DNA of 62,578 nucleotides, the filler included, from Choristocarpus tenellus KU-1152 (Eukaryota; Protista; Phaeophyceae): assembly GCA_964200185.2 (NCBI GenBank). It is 6 parts of 6 records of this genome, joined end to end, with 100 filler letters (N's around TTAATTAATTAA, not from the genome) between each part and the next. Parts side by side here need not be neighbours in the genome. Positions count along the whole stretch, not along the records: positions 22,334 to 30,197 come from CAXNAD020005476.1; positions 30,298 to 32,898 come from CAXNAD020026381.1; positions 32,999 to 62,578 come from CAXNAD020000105.1; 3 more parts are not named here. One strand, given 5' to 3'. A program made the translations under genes and the position numbers. The notes beneath the pieces are model-generated. The model saw only the letters and a list, made by a program, of their open reading frames with translations, searched no databases and was not told where the DNA came from. This document shows positions 26,513 to 40,728 of the stretch, in pieces. Numbering within the stretch: position 1 is the first letter of the stretch; each line of letters begins with the position of its first letter.

Positions 26513-29500
26513 AAGATTTTTTTCGTATCTCTTTTGGAATGTTTCGAGTTAGATAACAAAACGAAATATGGTTGGAATCGTGAGGGCAAGTCGAATCTAA
26601 TGCGGTTGGTTTGAGGTCCTAATTCTACCTGGAACCCAAAGTACATTCCGTTTTAGGCCAAGTTTGGAGAAAATACTTCACCACAGAAATTAGACTGGAG
26701 GCATCCCAACCGCGGTAAAATCTGCTACAGATGGATTCATCCCATGAAATATGTATGTATAATGAAAGCTGACATCCTAACACATCAATCAAAGCTATTG
26801 TATCACCTTCGATTCACAATATAGCAAGCAATAGGGTGCATTATCTGCAATAGGGGACTTTTTTTTGGGGGGGGGTTATTGTTGTTGTTTCATATCTGCA
26901 TAATTGTTCACCTGTTCATGATGTGAACCCTATGCCATTGGAATGCTGATATACACAGGATTTCATAGGATATACTTTAGGTAGCCCAAATCGTCCTGAG
27001 TGTACTTGGAGTACTCCAAATGTTACTGGTTTATCTTTTGATATGAATTATTCAATTACAGGCTCAGGTCCATCAGCTTCGACGTTGCCACTATTACCAT
27101 ATTTCACCATGAGCTCCACCTCACGATCCTCCTGCAAATCTCTTCACCTACTCCCCCCTGTAGAGCATCCATTAGTCTCGTTAACTTGTCCAAATCTTAA
27201 GCTCGTCCAGATTTTTCGTCAGGTCGAATATTCCCCCCCCCAATATGTTGTCCTCTGTTTTGACGTATTTTGTCATCTCCCCCTGGGCATGGAATCAGCT
27301 TGCCACAGTCTGCTGGTTTCTTCCACTCTCAATTCGATCCCATTTAGGGTCATAGTACGAGTCTTATCTGGTCACTTATTTGAGCAATAATACTACCCTT
27401 TGCAACTTCCTCCTTAAAAAGATAAAGATTTCCGTCTCATCAAGGTGTGATCAAGGAGCTTGCACCTCTTATCGGTGTCCACTTTGACAGTCCCCCTCTC
27501 AGTCCCATGGGTGGAAAAGATATCAGCTTTCTCCTTCGAACTATTCACAATGCGAAAAACCTTGCTGTATCCCACTCTCGCTGCCAGGCGGACCCTTTCC
27601 ACTTGCTCAGTTTGGCCAATAGGGTTGTAGATGACGAACTCCTAGTACAGGATCAGGAGTGCACATGCCTGTTCATCTTTGGTCGGTCTCCCCCTCGCCC
27701 TCTTGTTTTGCGGCGTCCCCTCACCTGCAAGCACTTTTGCGACCAGGCCTCCTGACCTTTTGTTTCTCTTTTTCCCCACCCAGAGACTCCTTACTTGGGG
27801 TGTCTACAACTCGAGATTGGTTTTGAGTCTCGGAATTCACAATTGACAGGCTTCTGCACATCTAGACCTCTTCTCTATGAATATCAAGTATGTTTTTCCT
27901 CACTTTCCTCATACACCCTCCAAAGGATTGGTTATCTATCAAGACTTGAAATTTGCCTCCCAATTCTCATGCGGACACCAACATTTGAATACTTAGGCGT
28001 CAAGCGAATACACCGAATTGAAGCTAAAGCCTTAGCCTTTCATCCAAAAATGTTGTCAGAACTAAGCACCATACATAGAATGAGAAAATTGCTGTTAGAG
28101 TAGCAATTGAACAACATTTCGTGAAAATGATTTTTTAAAGAAGAGTGCCTAGAAACCGATAAAAAAATCTTGAGTAGTAATCCCATCCTAAAGAGTAGTA
28201 GTAGAGGTGGTAGTCCTAAGGAATAAGAATGTAAAGTTGAAACAACTGATTATCTGTTATTGTTGTAGAAGTTCTTGTAGGTTACTACATTATTTTGATA
28301 TTTCAAAGGTAGTCTGGAGAAGGGAATACACACATACGTAGTGATGGAGGAATGTAAGTCGTAGTAGACCCATGGGAGTCATGTATAACGGGACACACAA
28401 GGTGGAGGTGACCTCCATAACTTTAGAGGGTTCCATCACCTTCGACGCCAGACTTCGTTCATGAAAATATATGTTCGAATATGCCATCCCACATATGAAC
28501 CAAAACATATTGTATACGCCTACTGCACCTGTTGTATTATTGTGTCTGTGATATACAACAAAAACGGCACACCAAGATCGAAGCCGATGAACTTATTTGG
28601 GAAGGGTTCAACAGAACGTTCGGCGAGGAACGGAGCGACGAGGGATCAGAGTACTGAATCCAACAAACGTGAAGCAAGACAGGAACAGACGTGGTAAAAT
28701 TAGTTATAGAATCATACTCAACAGTTAAGTATGAGAAGTAGTCCAGTAGGTAGTGGTGTATAACGAACGTGGGTAGGACATGACTGATTAGTACTCTTGT
28801 ACTATAAATAAGAATAAATAAAATATAATATACAACAAAAAAAATGAAGAAATAAAAGAGAAATATATGATATATAAATATTGCTAAGTTGAGGAGACAA
28901 AAAATACAAAATATATGTTGACTTATTGTATTTTCGGAAAACAGTTCCATTTTATTATGTTTAACGCAATGGTGATTTAGAGGGTGACATTAACGGTAGT
29001 CTACATCTATATATCCTGTAATATATCAAGGGTTTGTTTGTGGAACAGAAAGAAGACACCCCCCAAAAAGTTTATCTATACCTGACACCATGATAAACGT
29101 TTTATTCTACATCCCCACAAGATATTTAGTAGTATCAGACGTCAAGCGGTAGATATTTGGAGTCAGCCCTCATAATGTCCCCATTTCCCTTCTACTTGTC
29201 CTTCTATTTTGTCATACATATATCTTACTCCTCCATCCCTTCGAAAAATATTTATGCTAATGTACTTTGTTCAAGAGATTGGAAAATGCAAAATGTTATT
29301 CTGGATTTTCACCAAAATGGTTCTTCTTATATCCGAAATATTTCAAAGACAGTAGTGGTTTCCACGCATTGTCTTATAGTATTCTTATGTTTAGGACATT
29401 TTATATACACATATGTATATAGATTTCATTGGTTTCCCCTTGACACATCTGCAAAATGTCAGAGGTGTGTGTTGTGGGAAGATAGATATACTACCACAAG

Positions 29501-31701
29501 TGCTATTTTATTACTCTTCTAATATACTTCTGTTGAGTTTCATCAACCCAACAACATTATACAATCATAGGAGACCATGGTTGTGAAGGCATTATTACAA
29601 CAAAGACAACGAATAATATTATGTGAATGTTGATGGAAAGTAGAGGTAAGTGATTGAATGATTGAATGATTGAATGAATCCATACGATTCGATTATTCGA
29701 AACCGAAAGTTGAAAAGTGATTTTCAATTGCTTCTTTCTCGGGTGTATATCAGTTGGCGATTCGTACACTTCGAAATTTCAAAATAATGTGTGGTGTGTG
29801 CGATTCGATTGACATGCTAAAGATGGTGAAGGCAGAAGCAAAGGTCTTAGGTCACAAACACTTTTCAAGTATATCAAAATTTGCTTTTACAGTAGGATAT
29901 ACAAACATCCCACATCATCTGATAAAACAGATATAGATGTCGCCCATAAAACATCGAGCACCCTAGAATGGGGACTGAGAGATTGAGCTAATCCAGATGA
30001 GCTCCGCAATAATCTTTCTCCACCAATTTACCAAATTACCGACCGCCGTGATGACCACAGTCCCAGTTCTAGGAGTAGCGCCGACTTTTAATGATCTAAA
30101 TCTACCCAAATTCGTCCCTTAATCCTGTGCAAATTACCTTGGGAGGTAATGCTGTTTGTTAGTAGTGAAGATAAGAAGGTGTGAAGCCTCACACGACNNN
30201 NNNNNNNNNNNNNNNNNNNNNNNNNNNNNNNNNNNNNNNNNTTAATTAATTAANNNNNNNNNNNNNNNNNNNNNNNNNNNNNNNNNNNNNNNNNNNNATT
30301 AACAAAATGGGAAGCCAAGCCCCACAAATGGACAAACAGGGAAAATTTCGTACCCTCTAAGATAGTTTCACTTAATTGCTGACTAGAAACCTGGAGTGGA
30401 TCGTAAATACCCACGAAAGTATTTTTACTGGCTTCGATTCAGAGGTTGTACACCAGCTAGTGATGTGAGGTGAAAAGCAAAAGAAAATAGTCTGTGTGCA
30501 GGGATGATCGCAGCATGCAGATTTCCACACAATCTGGATGCTCCAAGAGAGAAAAGTGTACTGACGCTAAAGTCTTCAAAATCTCCCTGCGACCAAGTTC
30601 TACCGACACCAAAGTCTTTGTAATGTTCTCACCACCCTCTGCTACAACAGCTGAAGAACCATTACAATCTTCACAAACACACCTGACCCGATCAATTGCC
30701 ACCATCATTGTCAAGAACTTTCAACATGCCTTTGCTTCGAACTCTCATGGTGATATGCCTGCGATTGCATCTATTACTCGCAACGTGGGTTGCCGGCTTG
30801 ACAAAGCATCAGATTCCACTAGAGGAAGTAGAGATTAAGTTTTGAGGTATTCTTCGAGAAAATCTGGTCGATAAGTTTCCCGCTTAGTCGTTAACACATT
30901 TCCCTTACATTGTGCACACATCTTGTTTGAATTATATTCAAATTGATATTTTGATGGGTCCACAGATGTAAGGAGTGGTCATGGCCTAATTCCTTTTGCC
31001 AAGCACAAATGGAAGACGATCCCATGCACCTCTTTTCTCATCTCCACACTTGTTTTCACAATACCTTGGGAAATATTTATTTGTATTAAAAATCAGGGCA
31101 TCGGTGGTCATTTTATAGATCTGAGACATTTTGTTTTAAGCAGGAAATTATCGAGATCCCTCGCCCCTCTCGATGGTTTCCACCTTCAGTAAATAAGGTC
31201 GGTTTTTGTTTTGAGTTCACCAGGTGGGGTGAGATTGTGTTCCTCGTAGGTGGGCCCATGGTTCTGCTACATGAACGTCCAACAGATTGGATCTGGAAAA
31301 GAACTGTACCTCATCACTACAGATCTCCGGATGTTAGGGTTTTCTAACAACAATACTTAAGGTGAGAAGACAAATTTATCCACTTTAAAAACAAGGGTTA
31401 GATAGTATGCAGATTCCTCAAAGTGAAATTGGACAACCCTTTCCGGACAACCACAGGATATTTTACCTTTTTGCTTTCAGGGAAGCAAGGCACTAATTCA
31501 AGGTAATGATCTACCCTCTAAAAAGGTTACCACTGATTCAATGAATTCAAGCCCTCCGCATCAGTGCATTTCCTCTTGAGACATCTGTTGTTGCCTAGCA
31601 CAACCTACAACCAAGGGAAGGGGACAATTGCGACCCATTCACTATTACATTAGCTAAGGTATTGTCACTTGATCACCACAATGACCCAAGCACCCTTCCT
31701 C

Positions 31702-31960
31702 GAGCCAAAATAATTGAGGGGTAGGCAGGTTTGGACCCTTCTGTATTATTAGCCACCTTTATCACCCTATGCAATACACTCTATTTCATTGTTTTATTTG
31801 CACAATTGCGTACACGAAATTGATACTCCCCCTTTCCACACACAAAAGGACGTCAAAATTAACTAAAGACTCCTTCTTCAATTGCACAAAATGGTTCATT
31901 CTTGCCCTTTCTCGAGATCCCTAGAATGCAAACCTGCCTACCTCTCAGTTGGTTTGACAC
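31702..31960. mobile_element. MITE family C, second copy
   Basis: Colinear with 22450-22706; TIR core GGTAGGCAGGTTTG / CAAACCTGCCTACC. Confidence 0.75.
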
Positions 31961-33758
31961 TTCGTTTCCAAGATTCTTGGGATGGACCTTCAAAATCCCT
32001 GGGTTACTGAAGGTAAAACAGTATTTCTCCATCATGAACTTCTTTTTTGTGTTTCAAACCTGTTGACGATAATCTTCCAAGGAACTCCCTCGAATTGACC
32101 ATGTGAGCATTCTTGGGATACCCGCATGATTATGTTTCTGTATTTTCCTACGGGACTGTCTGCCACAATGTGCAGGCCAGTAATTTATTTTCTAATGTGC
32201 AGACAGAGTCCACGCTGGGGGGTGAGTAATGTGACGGATTGGTTCTGTTGGGAGCTGATCTCAGTCAAGTACATTTCCGCGCGCACACACAAGTGTATTG
32301 CATGCATACTTTGTCATTGACAACGTTCACACCAACACCATCACAGAGATGTTCTGAGAATTCCTGCCCCACTTGACGTTGGCGGTAACAATAATATGAT
32401 GGCAACCACTGGACCCGACATTCAACTTAGGTTAATCCCAATAAATTGATGGATGTGAGGTCTTTGGGCTTTGCAGAAGCTAGCCCCCTTCGACACAACA
32501 GGTGGTTTTTTTGACCCACCCAATAACTGGTTGGACCATGCCTCACGACAATACTAAGAATTTTATAAACAATATTAAGATAATGAGTGTGCACACTCCA
32601 CTCTCTCTCCTACCCTACGAACTACCTCTTGCACTACAAACTAATTGGACTAACCCCATGCATGTCTTGGTCTTTTCTCGTGTCCATCGCTCCGCCTCTT
32701 CTCTCAAAGCTAGTCAGTAATCCCTCTGCTATATAATTATGCCTTCTGACAGTTTGCAGATGTGTCATGGAAAAAAACGATGAAACGTATTTAAATGAGT
32801 CAAAGTATCTTAGAGGGTAGAGTCGCGTCCATTTGGGGGTCAAAATACAATATTTATTAGGAAGTGTCAATATCTATGTTTCGGACACACCTTTCATANN
32901 NNNNNNNNNNNNNNNNNNNNNNNNNNNNNNNNNNNNNNNNNNTTAATTAATTAANNNNNNNNNNNNNNNNNNNNNNNNNNNNNNNNNNNNNNNNNNNNCC
33001 CCCCCCCCCCCCCCCCCCCAGATACTTTGAGCCTCTATTGCTTTCTTTCTGGATTATTTTGTTGCTTTTCATTTTTTCCTCTTCACAAAACTATAAATGA
33101 TAGGTTGGGCTAGGTATCATACACCACATACTTTAGGAGGTGCGGGCTCTGTATTCCTGTGGGATCGTAAAATCAAAGATCAACATAAAACTCCTCCACT
33201 TCCACGTTATTGGTAGTATCAATCCTCGGTTGGTACACTTGAGTCGCACCACATCAATTGGGTGGGTTAACCCTACCTTTTTGAGGAAGAAACATGGATG
33301 GCAGGAGTGTGTGAGGCAGATTGAAATTCAAGGAAGGTGATTGTTTTCTTTCCAACACTACAGACTGTTGTAGTTTGCTGGAGAGACTGGAGACTGCTGC
33401 AGAGGCTTTGTGAGGACAGTGGTGTGATGGCAGTGCATGCATAGTGTGCGTGATGGTGTACGCCAAGCACTTTGTGGATGATTGGCAATATCACATGACT
33501 TTGCCACAGTTACACCTCCTTGGTACCAGTCAGTGGTGCTGGTGTGTGTTCCACGGTACTTTGAAGTAGTAGTGTAGGAGTGCGTGCCTGTGTATGGCCG
33601 GTTTCTGGCTGTTCTTTCATATCTTCTTTTGTTGTGCTCCTGACTTGCATGCAATTGCTGGGTGATTAGTGGATAGAAATCCCTTAGGTGGATCTTGGAC
33701 AACTTTTTATTTCTAGGAATTGGATCTCCTTGGTAACTGCTACATGGTGTTCTGATAA

Positions 33759-34017
33759 GAGTGAAAGTATCTTAGAGGGTACTAGTTTTTCCCTGTTTGT
33801 CCATTTGGGGCTTGGCTTCCCATGGGGTTTTTTATGACATTTTCCTACTCCTAAATGTTTAGGAGTAGGTAAGATGTATATGATATGAATAGGTGTGTCC
33901 CGAACATGGATATTTACACTTCCTAACAAACACGATAGCCAAAATTACATCAAAATTGCGACCTTGGATTTTGACCCCCAAATGGACGCGGCTCTAGCCT
34001 CTAAGATATTTTGGCTC
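33759..34017 (-). mobile_element. MITE family A
   Basis: Full-length reverse copy; flanks ATAA/AGAA. Confidence 0.85.
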
Positions 34018-34930
34018 AGAAGGGAGTTTGTACATCTACATGAGATCTGGACCTGCATTGCTGCTGCGAAGGAGTCCTTGAGTTTCCCAGTTTTTTTCAA
34101 AATTGCTCCTTTTGTTTTTTTATTGTCAACCATATTTCTTCCACTTTCTGGTTTATCTGCTCTATGACCTCTGACGATGGGTTCAAGAAGATGGAACTAT
34201 TAATAGTTTGTAACATACTTGGAACGATGTATGAACACAATACTAACAAGGTTGAATGAAACGTACTTTGAGAGTCAGGGACATGACTACATTTTGATTA
34301 TTATTGTATTATAACAGACTTCGCATTACCTATCATTGCTGAATCTTTGACCTTAGTATGCACCATGACTCCTACCCTTGAATCTTCTTCTTGACATATC
34401 TCAGCATGACTCATTGGAACGAGGTCCAAACTCCTCGATCTCAGTATTTCAGATTTTCAAAGTTCCCTTTTTTGTGGATGGTGATGTTCTGCTCAGGCAG
34501 GGTCGGTTCTCCATTCGTTGCATTGATGTGCCCCACGCTTGAGGTGCAAGGGTTAGGGTAACGAATATTTTCCTCCTAGCTAGCTTGTATAAAACGTTCC
34601 ACAAACAATAAGCACTCCAGGTGAGAAATTTGCTGCATAGTTTGTTTTCAACAGGACAGCCTAAGAGAGACCCAGCAAAACAGTCCAACTTGAAGAGCTC
34701 ATCACGATACAGTCGGTTCCTTATATGGGCTCCTAGTGCAGATCTTCTGGGTTATGATTTTGTTTCCATTTCAGACGAAGGTGTGAGACCCCCACAGTTG
34801 AAACAAGAACCTTCTGTGATCGAAAACAGAAGGGTATACCAACCTAAACAGAAAACATATGTACAACAGTATGTGCCTGCGCTCGGACTACATATTTTTT
34901 TGTAACAATGAACTGGAAGTGTTTTGTTCA

Positions 34931-35726
34931 CAGTGAAAATATCTTAGAGGGTAGGAATTTTGCCCTGTTTGTCCATTTGGGGCGTGGCTTCCCACAGGTT
35001 CTTTGTGACAATTTACCTACTCCGAAACATTTCAGAGTAGGTAAAATGTGTATGTTGTGAAAAGGTGTGTCTGGAACGAGGATGTTGACACTTACTATGA
35101 CCCCTGAGTCAAAGTATCTTAGAGGGTAGAGCCGCATCCGTTTGGGGCCAAAATCTAATGTTGCGATTTTGATAAAATTTTGACTATTGTGTTTGTTAGG
35201 AAGTGTCAATATCCTTGTTCAGTACACACCATCAATAACGTATACAATATATCGACTCCAAAACATTTCGGAGTAGGTCAAATGTCATAAAAAACCTCGT
35301 GGGAAACCAAGCACATAACGGACAAACAGGGCAAAAGATACTTTCACTCAACTATGACCTATGACCCCTGAGTCAAATTATCTTAGAGGGTAGAGCCGCG
35401 TCTGTTTGGGGCCAAAATCCAATGTTGCGGTTTTGATGTAATTTTGACTGTTGTGTTTGTGAGGAAGTGTCAACATCCTTGTTCCGAACACACCTTTTCA
35501 CAACGTACACATTTTTTCTACTCTGAAACATTTCGGATTAGGAAAATGCCATTTAAAAAAAAAGGAAAGCCAAGCCCCAAATGGACAAACAGGGCAAAAT
35601 TCGTACCCTCTAAGACACTTTCATTCACTTCCTAACAAACATGATACCCAAAACTACATAATAATTTCAACATTGGATTTTGGTCGCCAAACGGACGCGT
35701 CTCTACCCTCCTAGATACTTTGACTC
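34931..35726. mobile_element. Nested MITE-A cluster: two tandem + copies (35106-35349, 35370-35626) inside a split - copy
   Basis: The outer copy is split at gacactt|cctaac, with ACTT at both 35090-35093 and 35627-35630. Other partial family-A copies lie at ~30300-30373, 32797-32898 and 61838-61909. Confidence 0.8.
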
Positions 35727-38264
35727 TTGTCCTCAGTCTCTTATCTATAGGCTTTGGTCTCTGACTGTTGTTATTGTTAGAACCTTGAATTTCATGGATT
35801 GTTCTCACGAAGTGCTTTGTGTAGAGGCTTGAAGTCTCGAAGCGGGAAGTGGTGATCCAGTTCACTGAACCACTGGTGAAATTCAATGCGATGAATCTTG
35901 TAACTTCTCTGTAAATAGGCCGATTGAATACTGCAAGGTATGACCCTATTTGGTGCTTTGGTTCAGAATAGTGGTGCATGCTTTTAGTAGAGGTTTGTTC
36001 CCTTGCTGAAAAAGGTTGGGGATGCATTTACTCTGAATATGGCTCATCTAGTTGTGAGTCGAGGTACACTAGAAGAAGTGTGGATTTGAAGTCTAAAAGG
36101 GGGGCAACAGCTTATAGATAAAAAAGTACTTACACGAGATTCCAGGGTTGTTTGATATACGAGAAAGAGTATAATAGACTCAAGTCTAATTCTTAGTCAA
36201 CTCAAGTGTGTCACCTACTGACTGAGATTGTATGTTGAAGAACATCTACCAAGTATAGATCAAACACACTGTAACCATGCAGAGCGCAACAGCAACCTGT
36301 GATCATACACCACGCAGGACAGTATGTATGCGATGCGGATACCTACATACTAAAGAATCACTACCATTCGATGGGCCAGTGTTCTACACCAGTTGATGGT
36401 ACTGATAATGACACAATTTATATGCTCCTCTATCCCGTAAGTCTGTATCGTTATGGTTTGTTGTGAATAACTTTTTCATATTGTGAGATTCAGAACAAAC
36501 AAACACTACAAAGCCAACAACTTCGACTTGTACATAGATAACTTCAAAATGAGAAACCATCCTCCTAACACAAATGTTTTTCGGAAGCGGCAAGTTTAGC
36601 TAAAACAGCAAAATTGGCCAAGTGTCTGGAAATGATGGTTAATCAGGCGTAACGTCTCAACAAGACCTCCGACGAAGACGCCATTAACTGTGTTGGATTT
36701 CTTGCATCAAAATTAACTACTCGTCACTCTCAATCTCTCCTGAGGGCGTTCTGCCCCACTTGATCCCCATTGTCAGAGACGTGTACAATACAGTCACAAC
36801 TTGATGGATTGAGGGATGTTGCACAACAATCAGCACGCACGTGCTAACATCAGGCAAAGTCGTCTGGCTTACCTACTATTTATCATCGTTGTATTGTAGT
36901 GAAACCCTAACCCTAACCATATCTTTTGAGTATCCTTCGTGCACGTATGGCACATTTATGAGGCAAAGATCGATACTTCAGCACACTGCTGGATACATGC
37001 CTGAGATAGAGTGTAATGGCAGCCTTATGCATTAAGCCTCTGCTAAGGGTCAAGTTCTCCCCCTCCTGTGCCTGATCCCTCTGTCATCTGGTTCTAGGGT
37101 TCATTTTGAAATTGTCAGTTCCGCACTTTCACTTGATAATATATCCATTTCCCACAATGGGCACATCATCAATTGAGTGTTGAGGAGGTAGACCTTGCGT
37201 GTTGCACCCACTACATGTCCAATACATACAACAAACAATAGCCTCATCCCTAACCCTAACTCCCAATGTCTCACAACATCAGAAAGTAGACTCTTGTTGG
37301 CAGTATTGTGTAATTCCCTAAACAGTATCTAATCAACTTCACCTCTTAGTCCAGTGTGACTATTCTTGTTGTATCCATTATTTTCAAAAAGGAAGTAGCA
37401 CGGAGGAAGAATTCTACTTTTGATGTACACATCCAACCTAGATGGACCAAGTTTGTGCACTGCATTTTCACAACATTGCCTTGACCACACACCCTCATCG
37501 ATCTTCATTGCACTAGATGGTGACATGTACACAGTGTCAGTCATGCAAACCAGTGTGATATGAATTCTTGACGCATCCAAACAGGCAACATACTGGCCTG
37601 AATGTCATGTGATCTCTGACGGCAAGTACCACTCTGGACTGATCTTAGTCAATATATTCACATCCACTCACTGTGCCAGAACATATGATATCATCTTCTT
37701 GATGCACACACTTCCAACAATAAGGTCTACCCCCCTGCCACAACCATACAACGGTGTACCAGAAGCAAAGAGGTTCCACTTTAAACCTCCCAAATGTGGC
37801 TAGTCCTAATATATCTTTTGAAGTCTGAAGCTACAGGCAAGGCTCTTGGTACGTTGTATGTATTTGTTGCCTATCAAACATAATAGCATATCATCCGGTC
37901 CCTTCACTGTGATTGGGAAGGTCTTACGCCTTACTGGGAACTCACTCCATGAGTCCCAGGAATTTTACGGAGAGATTAGGAGCTATTTGAAATATGCTAG
38001 GGTTAGGGTTAGTCACCCCGCATAGCAAAGACTTGAAGGTTCATGATATCTACATGTAGAACACACAAATAAGTTTGGAGTCAAATCAATGTAACGATGA
38101 GCCTTCAATTCTTAACTCTGCTGAGAGTGAAAATACAGTATACATGTATGCGCTCTAAAAATGAAAAATACCAACATACCCTCCACTTGGCATAGACTAT
38201 GCATTCTTGTCTCAAAGCATGTAACTATACCTTTATGTGTCCAACACCCTGAAACAAACACACA

Positions 38265-40728
38265 TTACATCTTGGCTTTCATCACGACACTGTTTTCCTT
38301 GAAGAGGAACTTAGGCAACGCAGCCATTTTCGCAGGCAGTATTGCCTTGGCCTTGTCCTGAGTCTCAGGTGGCACCAGGGTAATGTAGAAGTCCAACAAC
38401 TTGAGCACAGAATCATAGAAACCATAGGCCTGACAAAAGAAGCAGAGATAGGTATTAACTGTTAAGCTAGCTTATACGTCCAGCTGCTAGGATTATTCTT
38501 CTCGACAAACTTGTTTAAATGGAAAGGACTGTTGCCATATTGGGCAGAATGGTCTAATGTCTCCTCTGTTCTATGGAAAACATGTCAAACAAACATGCGA
38601 AAGCCTCGAGGACACCAAGAGTATTGGAAGCTGGCCATATTTAATAAGCAATAATCAACTGTGTTAGACCTCATACATCACCTTTGTGATCTTAGACATG
38701 GTTGTTCATGTGCTAGACAATGTTGAGATGCAATATTGTCTAGCACAGAGCACCATGAGATGCCTTAGGTGGGTTCTATAAGCGCTTCATTGACCTACAT
38801 GATGCCACAGAGCAAGACACATAGAGCTTTTGAAAATGGTACAGAAAGAAAACCTCATACCAAATGCTACCATACATTTCACAAAATAATCCGAGCAACA
38901 TTGCCCTGCAAATCCTCCTAGGCGATCAATGACATAAACATGCACTTCAGCATCAATTTCTCCATAGTGCTACAATAATTCCTGGAATTTCCAGACTTTT
39001 CATCTGTTTTACACGGAACTGATATGGTGAGTTTCGTACCGATGAATGAGCATCTCATACATGAACCACATTCAAAAATCAAGGGGAGAGTGATGTATTC
39101 AAGTGCTCAATCATGGACTATGTGGAGGAACTGTATGCGAACAAGTGAGGGCCCTCAAATTTGAATTATATATGTGTTCACAATACATACATAAAGGGGA
39201 AAAGCTACAATATTTGTGAGTGGAACATACCAAGACAAAGTATACTGATAATACAAAAAAAAAAATCAATATTTATATATTAATGAGTGTTGATCAGCTA
39301 ACCTGCTTAAGGTACTTCTCAGCCCCTGGGGGGAGCACTCCATCAGCATCACCAGGAATGAAAATGATGGTGTACACAGAAGAGTCAAAGTTTGTGAAGA
39401 GCGCATCAACCTCCTGAGCCATGTCCACAGCTTTCTCCATCTGGATTGATAGATCACAGTGAAAAATGAGTAATATTGAGCAAGAGTTTATGAGACAAAT
39501 GAGGTCAGGTGAATTGAGAATAGAGGCGAGGTAATGTGCGACACATGCATGCAAACCACTACAGAGTCAATAATTTGTTCAGGTGATCGATTTCCACTCA
39601 GAGAAAAAACAAAATTAAGAAGAAAATCTAAAAACGTCCTTACTCAGGGGCTCGGGCAACCTTTACTAGGGCAATAGTATCGTGCATGGCACAAGGAAAG
39701 TAGGTATCCTTTCCAGCACCCCAGAGCAGATTGAGAAATAGTGTGATGATGTGTGTTCAAAGGTAAGCGTGCCCTTACAATTCAGAAGCATATCTCCATC
39801 ATTGGCATATGTCCTATTGCTACTTACCAAGTCAGGGTCATCCACAACATCGCTCGCAGTCACGATGAACGTGTCAATGGTCTTCTTCAGGTTGAGGAAG
39901 CGTGTGATGTAGTTTGTGTTGGTCCTTGCAGCATCGAATTGCTGTGCCTTGAGGTACTGGAGGGTGGGTATGAAGATTTCCTGCTCCCAGTCATAGCACA
40001 AAAGTCACACAATCGCTAAAACAAAATCGTTTATCCTGCAAGCGCTTGTGTGACTCCATTGTGCATCTATGACCCATAGACCAAGGAACAGAATATAGAC
40101 TGGGACTGTCAACTCATCACCCATACACTAGAGGAGCGGTGGACTAGAAAAAATACTCATCCAATCGAGATTGGAGGGCATGCAGCAGGTGCTTTTAACT
40201 ATTCCAGGAACTTCAACAGGCATGGCAACATGTTTCTTTGTCGTATACAGCAGTAAGTCTGTGCAAAACTCAACGTGAAGGCACTCCCACAGAGGCAGCC
40301 TGGCACACACCTTAAAAAGCATAATCTGGGCATCCAATTCTACAAGATCTGGTGGAGCCGCCGATGCTGTATCCGTGTCCACCACTGTCGCCAAACTCAG
40401 GCCCATTCCCCCTAATAGCAACTGTGCAAACGCTCGACGCGTGGTGGGACCTGGTGAACGTGAAAATAGATATAGGCAGAAGCTTTTACGACTTATTACA
40501 GATCCAATGGGGAATACCTGGCAGTTCGACGTCAACAAAAATCTCACCGGGCTCGTTTGACATTGTCATTACTGTTGCAGGGTGACATGATGAACTCCTA
40601 AGGGAACCAGACACGCTTACTCCGTGGCAGCGATGAAGCAGGCTAGAAGATACGCGAGGGGCTAGGTAGAATGAATCCCCCTTCACTACTAAGGCAAGAA
40701 GAGGCGCAAGGGCCGTTGGGAAACGCAT
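38265..40728 (-). CDS. Nucleus-encoded, predicted thylakoid-lumen protein (268 aa), function unknown
   Basis: Exons 40728-40518, 40450-40311, 39980-39828, 39440-39303 and 38429-38265 are GT-AG and in phase (807 nt). The presequence has a signal peptide (MRFPTALAPLLALVVKGDS-F), a Ser/Arg-rich transit peptide, then a twin-arginine motif (TTRRAFAQLLLGGMGLSL) ending in an A-x-A site (TASA-APP). The mature part appears helical. Confidence 0.85.

Noticed and set aside
27040-27790. Purine-rich minus-strand stretch as an LTR gag/pol fragment
   Set aside because: No zinc knuckle, protease, RT or integrase motif could be identified.
30380-32450. Possible decayed RT/TERT-like sequence on the minus strand (GSQLSPSL, RVDHYL)
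   Set aside because: The motif fragments are short, interrupted by stops and lack other RT motifs, so they cannot be distinguished from chance.
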